Both the position numbers and the translations under genes were made by a program. Under the pieces are notes generated by a model. The model was not told the DNA's origin, did no database searches, and worked only from the letters and a program-made list of their open reading frames with translations. Shown here piece by piece: positions 1 to 12,500 of a DNA stretch of 64,000 nt. The DNA comes from Caecitellus pseudoparvulus (lineage: Eukaryota; Protista; Bigyra: Bicosoecida), in assembly GCA_965644315.1 (NCBI GenBank), contig CBFFRQ010000087.1:1-64000 (forward strand), in the 5' to 3' direction. Positions within the stretch are counted from its first letter, which is position 1, and each line of letters starts with the position of its first letter.

Positions 1-3000
1 AGTACACAAAGAAGAGGTCCACATCTTCTGGTCGAGAGATGGAGTCAATGAAGGTGGCAGCGCGTCGCCCATCTTCGCCACAGGATCCAGCGCTGGCCGT
101 CGAGGCCTCCGCTTCAGCCTCCAGCACTTTGCGCACATGCTCTTGCAGTTCCGATCTGTGTTCACTGCCCACAATTTCAGGCCGCATGCTGAGCACGGGT
201 TGACCGCCTTCGTTCCTGCGGATGTGGCCTGGGACTGCAACGGGGACGCCAAAGCTCCACAGAACACTGCTCGCTAAGCTCCCGAACTTCGGCTCAGCAT
301 GGCCCCAAAGCTCAGCACCGTCTCCACTGCTGCAGCTCAAGGCCATTGTTTGGGCGAGATGGCCAGGCTGGACATGCCAGGATTCATCTGCAATGAGCCT
401 CACGAAGCGCATGAGTGAGCCAGAGTTGAGGAGCTCTGCTGCCTCTGCCTCCCCAACTTCACTCTTCAAGTTCTGGAGTGGCTGGAGGTTGGTCTTGAAT
501 GACAGTGGCGCAGTGGTCGTGACCATGAAGCAGACTTGGAGCCTGTCGCGGCCATCTTGATTGGCTCGACGAAAGACGACAAAGTCGAGGTTGGGGAACG
601 CCTCGTGCATCTGGGCTGCATGAACGCCGTCCACTGGGAGCCCATGCAGCGCAGCAATGTCGGTGAAGGCAACAGTATTCGTGCCCTCGTAGTTCTCGCA
701 GTCCCAGTCCCACATCCGGCGGTGTTGCAGGAACCCCGAGCATCGCTGAGGGGTGAGGGCCCAGTTGCCCAGCATCTGCTCTGGCGTCGGTCCGCCTGCG
801 ATGGACAGCTGGTCGTACTGCCCACCGAACAGCCCCATCTTGAGGAGCATTGCAACACACAGTGCATATTGCTGCATCATGCGCAAAGTTTGGCACAGTC
901 TGCTATCAGTTGCTCCATCGCTCGCCTCTGTTGCTTTTGATAGTATACTCTTGTTCGTTGCTGTGGCTGGACTGGCTTCGGTCTTGAGCACGGGTCCTGA
1001 GCAAAGCCTTCAAGCCCATGGGTGTTGCAAGCTGTGTGTTGCCAACAAGATCCATGTCCAGCGGGTTCTTGCGTTGAAGAATGGAGTAGCTCATCAGCAT
1101 GTCTGTGCTCATCAGTTGCGGGTAGACAGTCGCATCTGCCCCTTCGGCGATGCGTTGCTTGACGCGATACATGCATCGCCCTCTCAAATGAGCCCGCTGA
1201 CTGTCGACTAAATCCTTTAGCTTCTCAATCACATGTAGCTTGGAAGACCTACTGCTGCCGATGCCTCGCGCGAGCCAGCTCAGCATTCGTTGTCCGGCCG
1301 CGACATTATTGACGTACTTGTGCAACATGGCGTGAACCTCAGGATCATGGCACAGCATGTCGCGATGGCTTGTTGGCAATAAGAAGGCAATGTCTGCCCC
1401 AACCTTAGTAGTTTCACAACTTTCTTCCTTTCGAGAGTGGCCGGTGCTCGTTGGGGCATGCAGGCCATGCCCACACAGCAAGTGGATCGCCAAGTTGTGT
1501 GAGAAGTACCCCAGCTCCATGAAAATGCTCTGCGTGTCAAGGCCAGTCGGGAACTTGGACAGTGCCTCACCGTCTTTCTTTCCCAAGTCGCTCAGGAAGT
1601 GAACCTCTGGGCCGTACGCAATCACTTTGTTGCTTGGTTCAGCCCACGTCAGGAGCTGCTGCACCACTTGCCAACGTTCAGCTCAAGTTTGTGCATCACG
1701 GTGCTCCAGCAGCTTGGCGTGGAGTTCGATAAGTGCTCGTCAACAATCAGCGTTTGGGGTGGGGCTACCGGCATCGCCTCGTTTGGCAGTAAAGTGTCCC
1801 TTGGTTGGGTGAAGGAGCTTCGCCAACGCCCGCCAGCGCTTCGCGCTGGAGTTCAACTCCCCAAACAAAGAGTGCAGCTCTTCACTGACGAGTGCCTCTC
1901 CGCATGAGTACCCCAGGCTCAGGTGGGCAAAATTCTCGCCCAGTTCTTCCATGTTACCTTCTGAAGAGAGGATTTCTGAAGATGGAAGGTACAGCAGGTC
2001 ACCTCCGGCTCCCACGGTGAGCATCAAAGCGAGGGCTTGCAAAGTTGCAGTCTTGCCAGAGCCAACAGCTCCGGTAATCATCAACCCATGACTACATTTT
2101 CTTTGAACTTCAATGGCTCTGGACAGGAACTGTGCCCGTTGGGGTGTCAAAACGAATGTCTGAAACCCCAAGCGGTCGCGGTGGTCGTCAATCTCCTGGT
2201 TGTTCTCTGCGATTTCGCCAAACCCAACAAGAAGTGGGCGGAGCCGTAACTCGCTGTCAGATAGTTGAAAACGATTTGCCGTTTTCTCTGTTCGATGCCA
2301 GAGGAAGCTCTTCATGTACGGCAAGCGCAGCACCACAGCTTCCAGTTTCCCATCCACGACTACGGGTCGGCAGCCAGGAGTCCACAGGTCGCTGAGCTCA
2401 TCCGCCAAACCCTCGGCAAGGTGGTTTGGTGTGGGGTCCACACTTTCTGGGTCGGTGAGCATGCTGAGTTTGTGCAAGAGGGGCCAGGCTTTGGGGTCGC
2501 GGGCAAGGAACGCTTGCTCCGCGTCGCGAAGCCAGCCGAAGTTGTCCCGGACCATATCCAAGTCTGCCGCGCTCAGCCCTTCGAACATTTTCCTTGCATC
2601 CTCCTCGGAGCACCCAAGTATCTGCAGGGCGGGGGGCACTTGCAGGTTGCTTTGGCTTTCTCCTGACAGGCTTGCCTGGATCAGCGCTCGCAGCGTGACT
2701 CCACAGTTCGCCACAGCACTGATTGCCGCTTCATCTTCAAGACCATATCGGAGCCACATCCAATTTTTGCACGGCTTCTGCCTGGTAGGCTTCAAATTCT
2801 TGTGAATGAACGATTTCCATAGCCCAGGGCTCACACTGAGCGGCCCACTGTCTGCCGCAGCGTGTAGGTCGAAAAATGACCTCCAGCCACCGTTCCGAAG
2901 GCAGTGCTGGAGGGTGTCGAGGAAGCGGGCACCAACCAGCTCACCAAAAGCAGGGGGAGCAAAGAGACTGAAAGCTGCGCCCAGTACGTTCGGATCCAGA

Positions 3001-4002
3001 AGGGGGAGGACGTGGGAGACGCCTCCCGGTGCCTGTGCGTTCCGAGAAGCTGGGTGTAACGGGAGTGTGCTGCGTAAGGCACTGCTGGCGCACGCATCGG
3101 GCTGTGAACGAATACGTGCTTGACAGTTAGCTTTGCTGCATCACAGCAGAAACTTGCGTCCAGTTTGGACAGTGCCGCTTTCAGCCTCTCTTGGCCGCCC
3201 AAGCCAAACTTGGCGGCACACTCAAGCACGGCAGCATTCTGAACACCGTGCATGCTCGCGAGCTCTGCAGCATACAAGGCAGCGCGTCGAGCTCCAGGCG
3301 GCAAATTCATGAATGCCTGTGTTTCTAGTGCTGGAGTCCCCGCGCCCCACGGCACCCTTGTGCCATATACTCGAGACACGAAGCTCGCGTCCCAAAGCCC
3401 GGCTCCGTGTGGTCCAAGGAAGGCTGACAAGCATGCCTCCAGCCCGCCCAACGCTGCCACGTGGGATGTGTTTACAGTGTCATGGCACATCACGCTCCCG
3501 ATGAAGGCTGGTGACATCAGCTCGCATGCAGCATCAATGCACGGGGGTGCGGCCTGTGCACAAGCAAACACACCCGCCGCTCGTGACGCTCGCCGTCCCC
3601 AAGTCGCGCTCAAGGCGGCGCTCGCACCTCGCAACCCATCAACACGCCCAACGCCACCTCCACAGCTTGACCATCTGCCGCACTCGACTCCAGCGCATCC
3701 ACTGCGCCCGCCAGACGCAACTGATCACTTCCGCTCAGGGCTGCCCACCACGATACACCCTCCAGCCGCGCCCGCCACACCCCGCCCCCCTCACCACACA
3801 CATCCCTGCCCTGCCCACTACCTGCCACACTACACAGTGACAAGCGGGGGCTGAACACCACCGCAAGGTTCGGCGCGGGTAGGAGCCCCGGCACAGCAGC
3901 TGGTGTGGCTGCGCCAACTTCCGCCCTGCCACCACGCAGGCGCCGCCAGCGCGGCCGCCCTACAGCCTGACATGCCCTCACTAGTCTTGCAGTGTGCAGC
4001 AT
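1..4002 (-). pseudogene. Copy 1 of the tandem NTPase + PD-(D/E)xK-like family; frameshifted (pseudogene or assembly errors); 3' end runs off the window
   Basis: Exon 1 4002-3628 (MLHTARLVRACQAVGRPRWRRLRGG...SWWAALSGSDQ...GCE), GT-AG intron 3627-3554, exon 3553-3158, GC-AG intron 3157-3102. Walker A GAVGSGKT (~2049-2072). Walker B TLIVDE (~1736-1753) lies in a shifted frame. In-frame TGA at 1683-1685 and another frame change near 880-990. An open frame from ~880 to base 1 (FPNLDFVVFRR...LWSFGVPV...DVDLFFVY) is colinear with copy 3 (FPAVDFVVFRR...LWTFGVPI...DVEFFFIY). Confidence 0.75.
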
Positions 4003-5308
4003 GATTGGCTTGGGTGTGAAGTGCCTCCCCTGCAGTGCGGGGAGGAGGTGTCGGTGACGGTGTTGTTGTGTCTTGAGGCACTCTTTGCCGGCGAGTCACA
4101 AGTGAAACGCAACGCCTAATTCCCGGCGCCAAGAGGATCCGGAAACGCCTCATTTCTGGCCCAAAGTTTGTACCTCTTGCATAACCATGTGGCAACCGGC
4201 CGCGATCTGAGCAGCAGCTTCAACCTGCACGCTGTTCGAGGGCACGTGCTGCGCCAAACATCCATCTTGGCTGCAAGCGCCGCGAAGATCGCTGTCGCAA
4301 GCCAAGCCGCAGCGGGAAAGGTTCGAGCTTCACACAGACCCGCAAGCTCACAACAACCGAGTCGGTTCCTTCCTTTCATGCCAGCCCAAAACCCAGCTTC
4401 AAGCACCTGTCGATCGGCCGCGTGCAGCTCCTGGGCTCGCTTGGTCGGCTCAAACATGCCAGCACCTCTCCCACAGCGCACATTGGGCCAAGGCGGTAGG
4501 CAGGGTCAAAGTAACACCCCATCCAGACGAATTCAATTCCATAAGCATGCAGTGCTGGGCTACTGACCTCCCACCAGTGCTCGTGGTCACCAAGCAGCCA
4601 TTGACACCTGGAATCCAAGATCGTGGCAAAGGCCATCTCGCCCTGCATCAGCGGCACCAGGAAAGAGACCCAGCCGTCAAACCTCAACACAACGATTACA
4701 TACACAGGTAAAAACTCACTTGCAACTGCAGCCTGCCCCACCTTCCACCAGTTCTACAGAATCGCGTGCATCATGTCTGATATCCACAACCGATTTCCGC
4801 AGCACAGTTCGAAGCCCAGCATAACCCCCTGGCGGCCTTTCACCCAGCGGTGGTAGGAACCTTGACCTTATATCAATCTAAATTGCGGCAAGATCTGACA
4901 CTTGCCGCCCTAGCCTCCCACTCCAGCTTCCGTCGTTTCCAGGCTGCATTGCACTGTTGACTGGCTCAGCTCACCAGCAGCAACGGATGTTGGAAGTCGC
5001 CGTTGACGAAGGCATGGCTGATCACGCGTGAGTTCTCCAATCCAAATCAAGTGGCATCTTATTATAGAACGGAAATTGCAAGCTTGCTTCTTTGGTCAGC
5101 CCCAATGGCGGTGCAGCCTCGACTTATACACCGGTCAGCCGTGCAATGCGCGTCGAGCCCGGCAAGCTGCTTTGCGTTGCGCATGCTTCACATGCTCAAG
5201 CTCACTGGAAGATGAATGCCATGCACAAGGAGAGTCTTGCCGAAAAGCCCCACCACACTTTGGCCATTGCAGTCACTGCCGAACGTTTCTGGGCAGCTCT
5301 GTAGGCTG

Positions 5309-8300
5309 TCAGCCGTCAGGTGCAGGTGCAGGTGCAGGCATGAAGTCGTCGCCCATCATCGCATGCACCAGCGGGGAGTCCAGGTACTTCGCACATTGCT
5401 CCAAGTATCTTTTGTTTGTCACAAGGTCTGCGTTCGTGACGTACAGCATGTGCACCCGCCACTCTGGCTTGCTTGCACCCTCCAGAGGCTCTGCAGTCAC
5501 CCTCAACTTGCTGAGCTTGCCACTCCCATACTCGCAGCCAGCCATTCCAGCAGCACCACCTGCATCACTCTCAGACACCAGCTCTGCCTTAATCCGCACG
5601 TCTGCCTCCAGCAGCTTCAGCCAGGAGTTGGCAACAGACATAGGCCCCTTTGAGCCCTGTGCACTCGCTGGACCAGAAGCGGGCGTTTTCCTCTGGCCCT
5701 CTGCGTGCGACAGCATCACGCTCCCATCCGAGAGAAGCTCATGACGTGACTCCTCTGAGAGCACCACCTGTGCGATGCCACGCAAGGCAGGGGGGACACC
5801 CGTAGGTGCGCCTTTCTCTTTTGCGTGGGTGTACAAGTCGGAGTGTGTCACTTCCACAAGCACTGCATGCTTTCCTCCCGTTCTGTCGCAATATACCATC
5901 AAAGCGTCCATACCGGGGCTATTGTCCCAAGTATGGATGACCCAGGACTCGCCTGGCCCGATGTTGCGTAAGGATGCCAGCACATCTGCTGGCACCTCGG
6001 AGTTGTCGAGCCTGACCAGGGTCGGTGGAGCGCCGAGGTCCACCTGCACATCCTTTTGGCCTTTCTTTGCTTTCGACAGATTGAGCCGCGATTGCAAATG
6101 ACTAAAATCGAGCAGTGATGAAGGCGACATCACCTCCATCAGCTCCGACGTGCTTTGGTTCTTGGGGTACTCAACGTGTTGGCATACCTCCTCGAGAGCG
6201 AACTTCTGGCCCACACCCAGCGCACGGTGTCCACACACACCAAGCGCCATGAGCGATATCACCTTACGCTCCAAGGTTTCCTGATTTGACGGGAAACGTC
6301 GCAACAAGTTCGACATCTTGCGCCGGTCAGTGCCTAGAACGTCCCTGAACGTGACCGACTCAAGTAAAGCATGTCTGGCAGCTAAGGACGCAAACAGCGC
6401 GTTGCCAGCAACAGCTGCGCGAGTCACGTTGATGCGGGACACCATGGACGCGTGCACCAGTCCGGAAAGTGGACCTTCGACCTGCGCTCCCCATGTGGCT
6501 GCTGTGAAGGTTGGCCAGGTGAGGTCATTCTTCAGCACGCCAGTTTTGAGATGCAGTTGCTTCATGCGCCGTTTGAGCATTGACAATTGTTTGGTATACT
6601 CATTAAAGAGGGCTCCACTGTGCCCCATGCGCTCTAGATCGTGAGAGTAGCGCAAGATAGCGCGCGGGATACAGCCAAAGTACACCAGCGCTTCCTTGAG
6701 CTCACGATCAGTTGGGCTCGGTGTTGTACAATCCATCTCGGTGCCTGGCAGCAAAAGCTCTGCATCCGCACGGCTGCGCAGCACTGCCACCATGGTTTCT
6801 ATAGTGGTTGGCCCCAGATCGTAGAGCACATCCCACGATTGGCTATTTGTTGTGACCTCCAGGCTGGAGTCTGTGGAGCATGCCATCACGCGCAACGTGC
6901 CGATGGCTTCATGCTGGCCCTTCCAATCACACCAAGAATCAAGGGCCTTCTGCAGGAGGCTCTGCTTTCCATCCTTCACGTACTCAAACAAACCATTCGC
7001 TTCATCCACCACCACCACGCGTGGACTGCGTAGAGGTCCCTTGCCTGGCACACCAAACAGACCTTGCAGTGCGTCCATGACTGCCTGCGGAGACGGCTCT
7101 GAAGAGCCCCGCAGGGGAAGCATGTGCGCCTGCAGCTCGTGTCCACTCAGCGCGTCCCCTGTACACGTGCTCAAGCCCCGCAGCAGCGTGTCTACTTCGT
7201 CATGAACAAATCTGCCGCCATCGGACATGTACAGCACGTCAGCCCCGAGTCCCACAGCCGAGATGCTGGCCAGCGATGCCAGTATGATGCTCTTGCCGCA
7301 CCCAGGCACCCCGGTCAGTAAATGCCCTGGACGCTCGGACACCAACGCTTGTGCACAGCTTGCAAGGAAGGCAATGCGCTCTGGCGTCCACACGATGCTT
7401 AGTGTGCGGACCAACTTGCGCGGCAGCTGCTCCAGCGTGCCATCCAGGCGCGGTCGCACGGCATGCACCTGAACGAAGTCTGAATCGTTCTGCCTGAGCG
7501 TGAGTGGATGCGATGTCGGTGGTGCGTCCTCGTCAATCGCCGCGCAGATAACATACTCGCTCTGGTAGTCTCTGAACGGCAAACCTGTGCGGCTGACGGG
7601 TGTAACGAGGCGTGTCGCGAATGCGACAACCTCGCGATTCTTGTCCAGCACAGGACTCAGTCCAGTGATGTCCACAGTTTCGTGGGGTGCTTCTTCGCTT
7701 CCTGTGGCACCAATTGCATCTTTCGCCAATCCCCCGTGTTCCCTCTGCAGTTCAGCTTTGGCTTTCTCAAACCATTCCAACACCCCGTCCTTGCCTCTCA
7801 GCATCGCTTGTCCCAGATCAAGCTTCCAGCCCAGCACATGCTGCACCGCCTGACGGTGGCTAGCATCTGGCATGTACTCCTGCCCAGCTGCAGTGTCAAG
7901 CAGCACTTCCCGCAGTGGCAGCACCACATTCGAGACACCTGCATAGGAGAGTGCAGAAGCCCATGCAGCCTCGTCTCTTTCTCTCTTCTCAGCAGCAGCA
8001 GCCTCCCTCTTTGCCTTCTCCTTGGCAGCAGCAGCTTCCTTTTTTGCCTTCTCCTTGGCAGCAGCAGCCTCCTTTTTTGCCTTCTCCTTGGCAGCAGCAG
8101 CCTCCTCCTTTTCCTTCTTCTTTGCAGCAGCAGCTTCCTTTTTTGCCTTCTCCTTGGCAGCAGCAGCTTCCTTTTTTGCCTTCTCCTTGGCAGCAGCAGC
8201 TTCCTTTTTTGCCTTCTCCTTGGCAGCAGCAGCCTCCTTTTTTGCCTTCTCCTTGGCAGCAGCAGCCTCCTCCTTTTCCTTCTTCTTTGCAGCAGCAGCC

Positions 8301-9228
8301 TCCTTTTTTGCCTTCTCCTTGGCAGCAGCAGCTTCCTTTTTTGCCTTCTCCTTGGCAGCAGCAGCTTCCTTTTTTGCCTTCTCCTTGGCAGCAGCAGCCT
8401 CCTCCTTTTCCTTCTTCTTTGCAGCAGCAGCCTCCTTTTTTGCCTTCTCCTTGGCAGCAGCAGCTTCCTTTTTTGCCTTCTTCTTTGCACTCTTCCTTGC
8501 ATCAGCATCCGCAGCTGCAGCAAGACTCAACTGCTCAGAGAGGAGGGTGTGCAATGGTCGTGCAACTCGATGCGGTTTCACTTTGAAGAGGTATTGAAGG
8601 GCCCGGTTGTCCATTATATCAGCAGGCAGGAAGAGCAGCGTCTTCATGCCGCGCGCTATCTTTCGCTCTGCAGCCTTTCGAGTTGGTCCGTCCAGGTCCC
8701 GCAGGAGACCTGGCAGCGCAGGACAAGCCAGTGCAAGAGCTGTTGCAGTTTCAGGCAAGGACCACTGCGCCAGGTGCAAAAGTGAAGTGCGACAACGCTT
8801 GCGGCAGCAGGCAAGCACAAATGCCACCACATCAAAGCACTTACCCGTGGCAGCTCAGGAGGCAGATACTCCACAGCCTCGTCCAGTCCAAGATCACGTA
8901 GTGCAGTGTGCAGTCCCCCAGGCTCATACGCAGATGGCGATACCATCGCCTGAAGGACAGAGTCACGGTTCGGCCGCACTACGCCGCTGCTGCTGAAGCA
9001 CGCTGCACCCGTGCCCTGCCAGGAGCGCCACACCTGAGCAGTTGACGCATACCCTCGTTGTGGAACACAGCCCACTCTGCCTTCCCAGGCATGCGCCATG
9101 AAGGCGGCGACTTCGACGGAAGAGGCGTGACTTGAAACGCCGAGTGAAACGCCACTGAGCAAACCGCTCGCAGCGGCCCCCCTGATCGCACTTTGGCATA
9201 CAGCTGCTGTGCAAATAGTTACTTTCAT
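5309..9228 (-). CDS. Copy 2: P-loop NTPase + PD-(D/E)xK-like nuclease protein with an internal K/E/A helical repeat (~1,279 aa if started at 9228; start uncertain)
   Basis: Exon 9228-8845 joined by intron 8844-8765 (GTAAGT...GCAG) to the long ORF ending at 5309. Walker A GVPGCGKS (~7289-7312), Walker B VVVVDEAN. C-terminal ETLERKV...PGMDALMVY...VLVEVTHS fits an E...D...ExT restriction-endonuclease-like motif. Confidence 0.75.
7983..8480 (-). repeat. 15 tandem 33-nt coding repeats (AKKEAAAAKEK and variants AKKEAAAAKKK / EKEEAAAAKEK)
   Basis: Visible units such as GCAGCAGCAGCTTCCTTTTTTGCCTTCTCCTTG on the + strand; 15 EAAAA-containing 11-mers in the translation; no spacers. Confidence 0.95.
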
Positions 9229-9598
9229 GATTCAGATGGTATGCCAGATGGGTTTTCCAAGACGCGCCGGTGCTCGATGCGAAGGTCGGGTTGGTGTGGA
9301 GTTGTGCTGACAGCTGAACCGCAGCAGTCTTCAAAGCTGCCAGAGCCTCGTGGCGCTTAGAGATGAGCTTGTACGTATCCCCCATGACCAACGCTAGAGT
9401 TTTCTGGCTGCCAAGCTAGAGTTTGTTTTCATTTTTGGCCGTGTCAAAGTGTCCCTATGCTCACAGTGTGTGCATGTGTTCACTTGCTTTCAAGCGGCAG
9501 ACACGGCTGCCGCCAAGCCACCTCGCTCCTGGACTGTGCAGCATGGGAGAGGAAAGTTATGGGCTGAATGTGGTGGAACCCACGTGCAAATCAATGGA

Positions 9599-12500
9599 TT
9601 AGTCCTTCTCTAGGGCTGGCACAGCGACATCCAGGGAATTCATTCGTGGTGGAAGGAACCCCAGTTCAAATACTCCGAAAAAGCCAGGGATTTCTGCGTC
9701 CACCAGCGAGTGACTTTCTTCGTCTTCTGGCTGTGGTGTGCAGTAGATGAAGAAGAACTCAACATCACTGCTTTCCTGGATGGCTGCCGCAAGCGGAAGG
9801 TTCTTCAACTCTTCCTTTACTTCGACTGCCCCTGCTCCGCTCCCACTGGTCTCGACAGCAACCGTCCCTTCGTCTGCATGCCCACCATCAAGGATTAGTC
9901 TGATATTCAATCTTGGGGTTCTCACCTCAACATCCCTTTCATCAGCATTTTCCTCTGTCTGGAGCAACTGAGCAGCATTTGCAAGAGCCTTGTTTCGCGA
10001 TGTGCCGGACAATACTCGTGGCTCCATGAGAAGCTTGTCGAACTCCCTCTCAGAATCGCACTGAACTGTGCAGTTGAGATCAATGGGCACGCCAAATGTC
10101 CACAGGATGGCGTTCGCCATCGTGGACTTCCCCCGACGTGGACGCTTTGACATCGTGAACTTCACCTGGGACCCTTCGACATCTGTGAAGTACTTGACGT
10201 CGCAGGCAAGGTCCGCAATGTCCCTCAGGGACTGTGGTAGTACAACCTCCTCCATTGAAAGCGAACCCCCTGAAGAAACGACAAGGCTCTTCAGTATATG
10301 GCTTTGGCCGTGAGAAACCAGGGAAGACACGGTGGTCTTAATGAAAGCCACCTCAAGCTTTGCTCCATTGGGATCCTCACGTGGACTCGGCAAGGGTGGA
10401 CGCCGGAAAACAACAAAGTCCACAGCCGGAAAGTTGTGGGGTGTCCGTACCACATGCACGCTTCCGGGTTTCAGGGTCTGCACGGCATGCACATCAGTGG
10501 CTGACAGCCCAGAATCCTCAGGAGCTTGCGTTGTTTGGGCTTTGGGAAATGCGTTGGTTCCCTCGAAGAAGCAGCTCCCAAGCATTTCAGCTGGCCATCT
10601 GCTTCGCTTGCAAGATAAAGGCGTGTACTCAGAGCCAAACATGCCCATCTCCAACAATGTTGCCACAGTGTGCTCAAAATGCGTGCCATCACCAAGGAGT
10701 GCCACGCCGTTCAGCAGTCGCTTCCAAGCATCTTCTGTTGTCTGGTCAGCGTTTGACCCGGCAAGTTCTCGTTGGCGCCTAAGCAGCGCTCTCATGAGAG
10801 CATGCCTCGCTGTGTGAGACCCAAACTCAACGTTCCGGTTCAACTTTAGCAGGCTCGGGTGGATCCTGGAGAGGATCGACGCAGCAGCCAGGGTGTGAGC
10901 CAGGAGCATGGGCACACTTTGCTTTCTGTCCAACAGATTCTCTACAGACAAAGCCTGGAGTCCCTCGAGGCAGCGCTTTTCCATCGCACCCCTTTCCTCT
11001 GCCCACGCTTCGCACACGGCGGAGGAGAGGGGTGCAGGAGCAACAGCCGTGCTTGCTCTTGCCATTTCTGAAGCATGGCTCAGCGGACCAGCAACACCGT
11101 CAACTGAGTAAATGAAGTCCGTGAGCAGCTTGAAATTGCTCTTCGTGCGCAGGGCTTCCATTGCCCGAGGGGGCAGCTGAAAGGAGCAATCCTGGCCTGC
11201 TGGCATGTCTGCAACTACATCCACCTTCTTTGACCAACCGAGTGAGCTTCTGCCATCGTTTGGTCCCAGCATGAGCCGCAGCGCAAGCTCGGGCCTCATG
11301 GCTTCCATCTCGCAGAATGGATGGAGCAGGTCACGGGACCTGCCCGCATCAAAGAGCTCTTCCACTGGCTTGAACACACCCTTCTCAAAGATGCTCGCGT
11401 TGACATCAGGCGAAAAGGCAAGGACCTTGCTCGAGCGCCCCCTCCACTTGAACAGCTCCTCCAGCTCGTGCCACCACTGTGCATGTTCAAAAACAGCAAA
11501 GCATATACCGCTTCTGCGGTGCAGCTCGCCTTGCACACTGTTGGCTTCGTCGATGATGAGCAAGCTGGGACAGAAGAAGTTCCCCGCTTGCTGACCAGTA
11601 TGATGGTAGACTGAGCCACCGCGAATCATTATGCGTTTCAGGGTTTCGTGTGCATCAGCACCCTGCAGGCCAATCGACGCCATGTCTTGGCACAACTCAG
11701 GCTTCTTGAGACTTCTCGCGCAGGACAGCGCAAACCCACCTTGCATCAGACTGCGAGGAAGCTCTTTAAATGCGTCCTTGCCCGGCACCAACACTTCTGA
11801 CTTGGGCAAGTACATCACATCGCCACCCGCACCGACGCTTGCCATCAGCGCCAATGCCCGCAATGACGCAGACTTGCCAGTTCCGCGAGGGGCTGTTGTC
11901 AAGACTCCCAGCTCGATTCCGAAGCAAGTCTTCGCGGCCTTCACAAACAGCATCATTCGTCCACGAGTCAGAACATACGTTGTCACGGAAAGGTCTTGGG
12001 GTGGCATGGTCGAAGGTGATTCAGGGCGGATGCCGAACGTTGTTGGTCGCAGGCCTTGCAGAGACAAGTCTCCAAAGGGAACCTTTGTCAAGCCTGCCTC
12101 GTCGTGCCCAACGCAAAACGGCTGGGCTCTCCAAGCAGGCAAACGCAGCACTACAGCCTCTAAAATGCCGTCCATGAAGATGGGAGAGCACCCTGGCGTC
12201 CAGTTGATCCCCTTCTCGCCTTCTTCGGCATTTGGAAGGCACTTTTCCTCGGCGAGCCCTGTCATTAGCGCTTCGAAAACGTCCCACACTGTCGCCTTTT
12301 GTCGTCGGAAGGCATCCCCTGCGTCAATCATCCAGCCGAAGTTGTCGGTCAAGGCCTCCAAAGTTGCTTCATCTGTGTTGAGGAGTCCTTGGATGAACTG
12401 CTCATCCTCGACACCTGCATCTTGCAGCTGCTTCTTGGCCGCATCTTCGCCCCGCTTCTTCAGCAGCAGCATTGCACGGAGTGGCACGGCCAAGTTCACA

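Noticed and set aside
1683-1685. In-frame TGA as selenocysteine or recoded stop
   Set aside because: It sits among frameshifts at a position with no conserved Cys in the paralogues, and other genes here use TGA as an ordinary stop.
4100-5250. Short ORFs between copies 1 and 2
   Set aside because: No recognisable motif or consistent splice model; it may be a decayed remnant but this cannot be supported.
7983-8480. CRISPR-like array (33-nt period)
   Set aside because: Units are contiguous with no unique spacers, lie in frame inside a CDS, and there are no cas genes; the DNA is eukaryotic.
9229-9391. Upstream ORF MGDTYKLISKRHEAL... as first exon of copy 2
   Set aside because: It is in a different frame from the 9228 ORF and I found no convincing splice pair; left unresolved.
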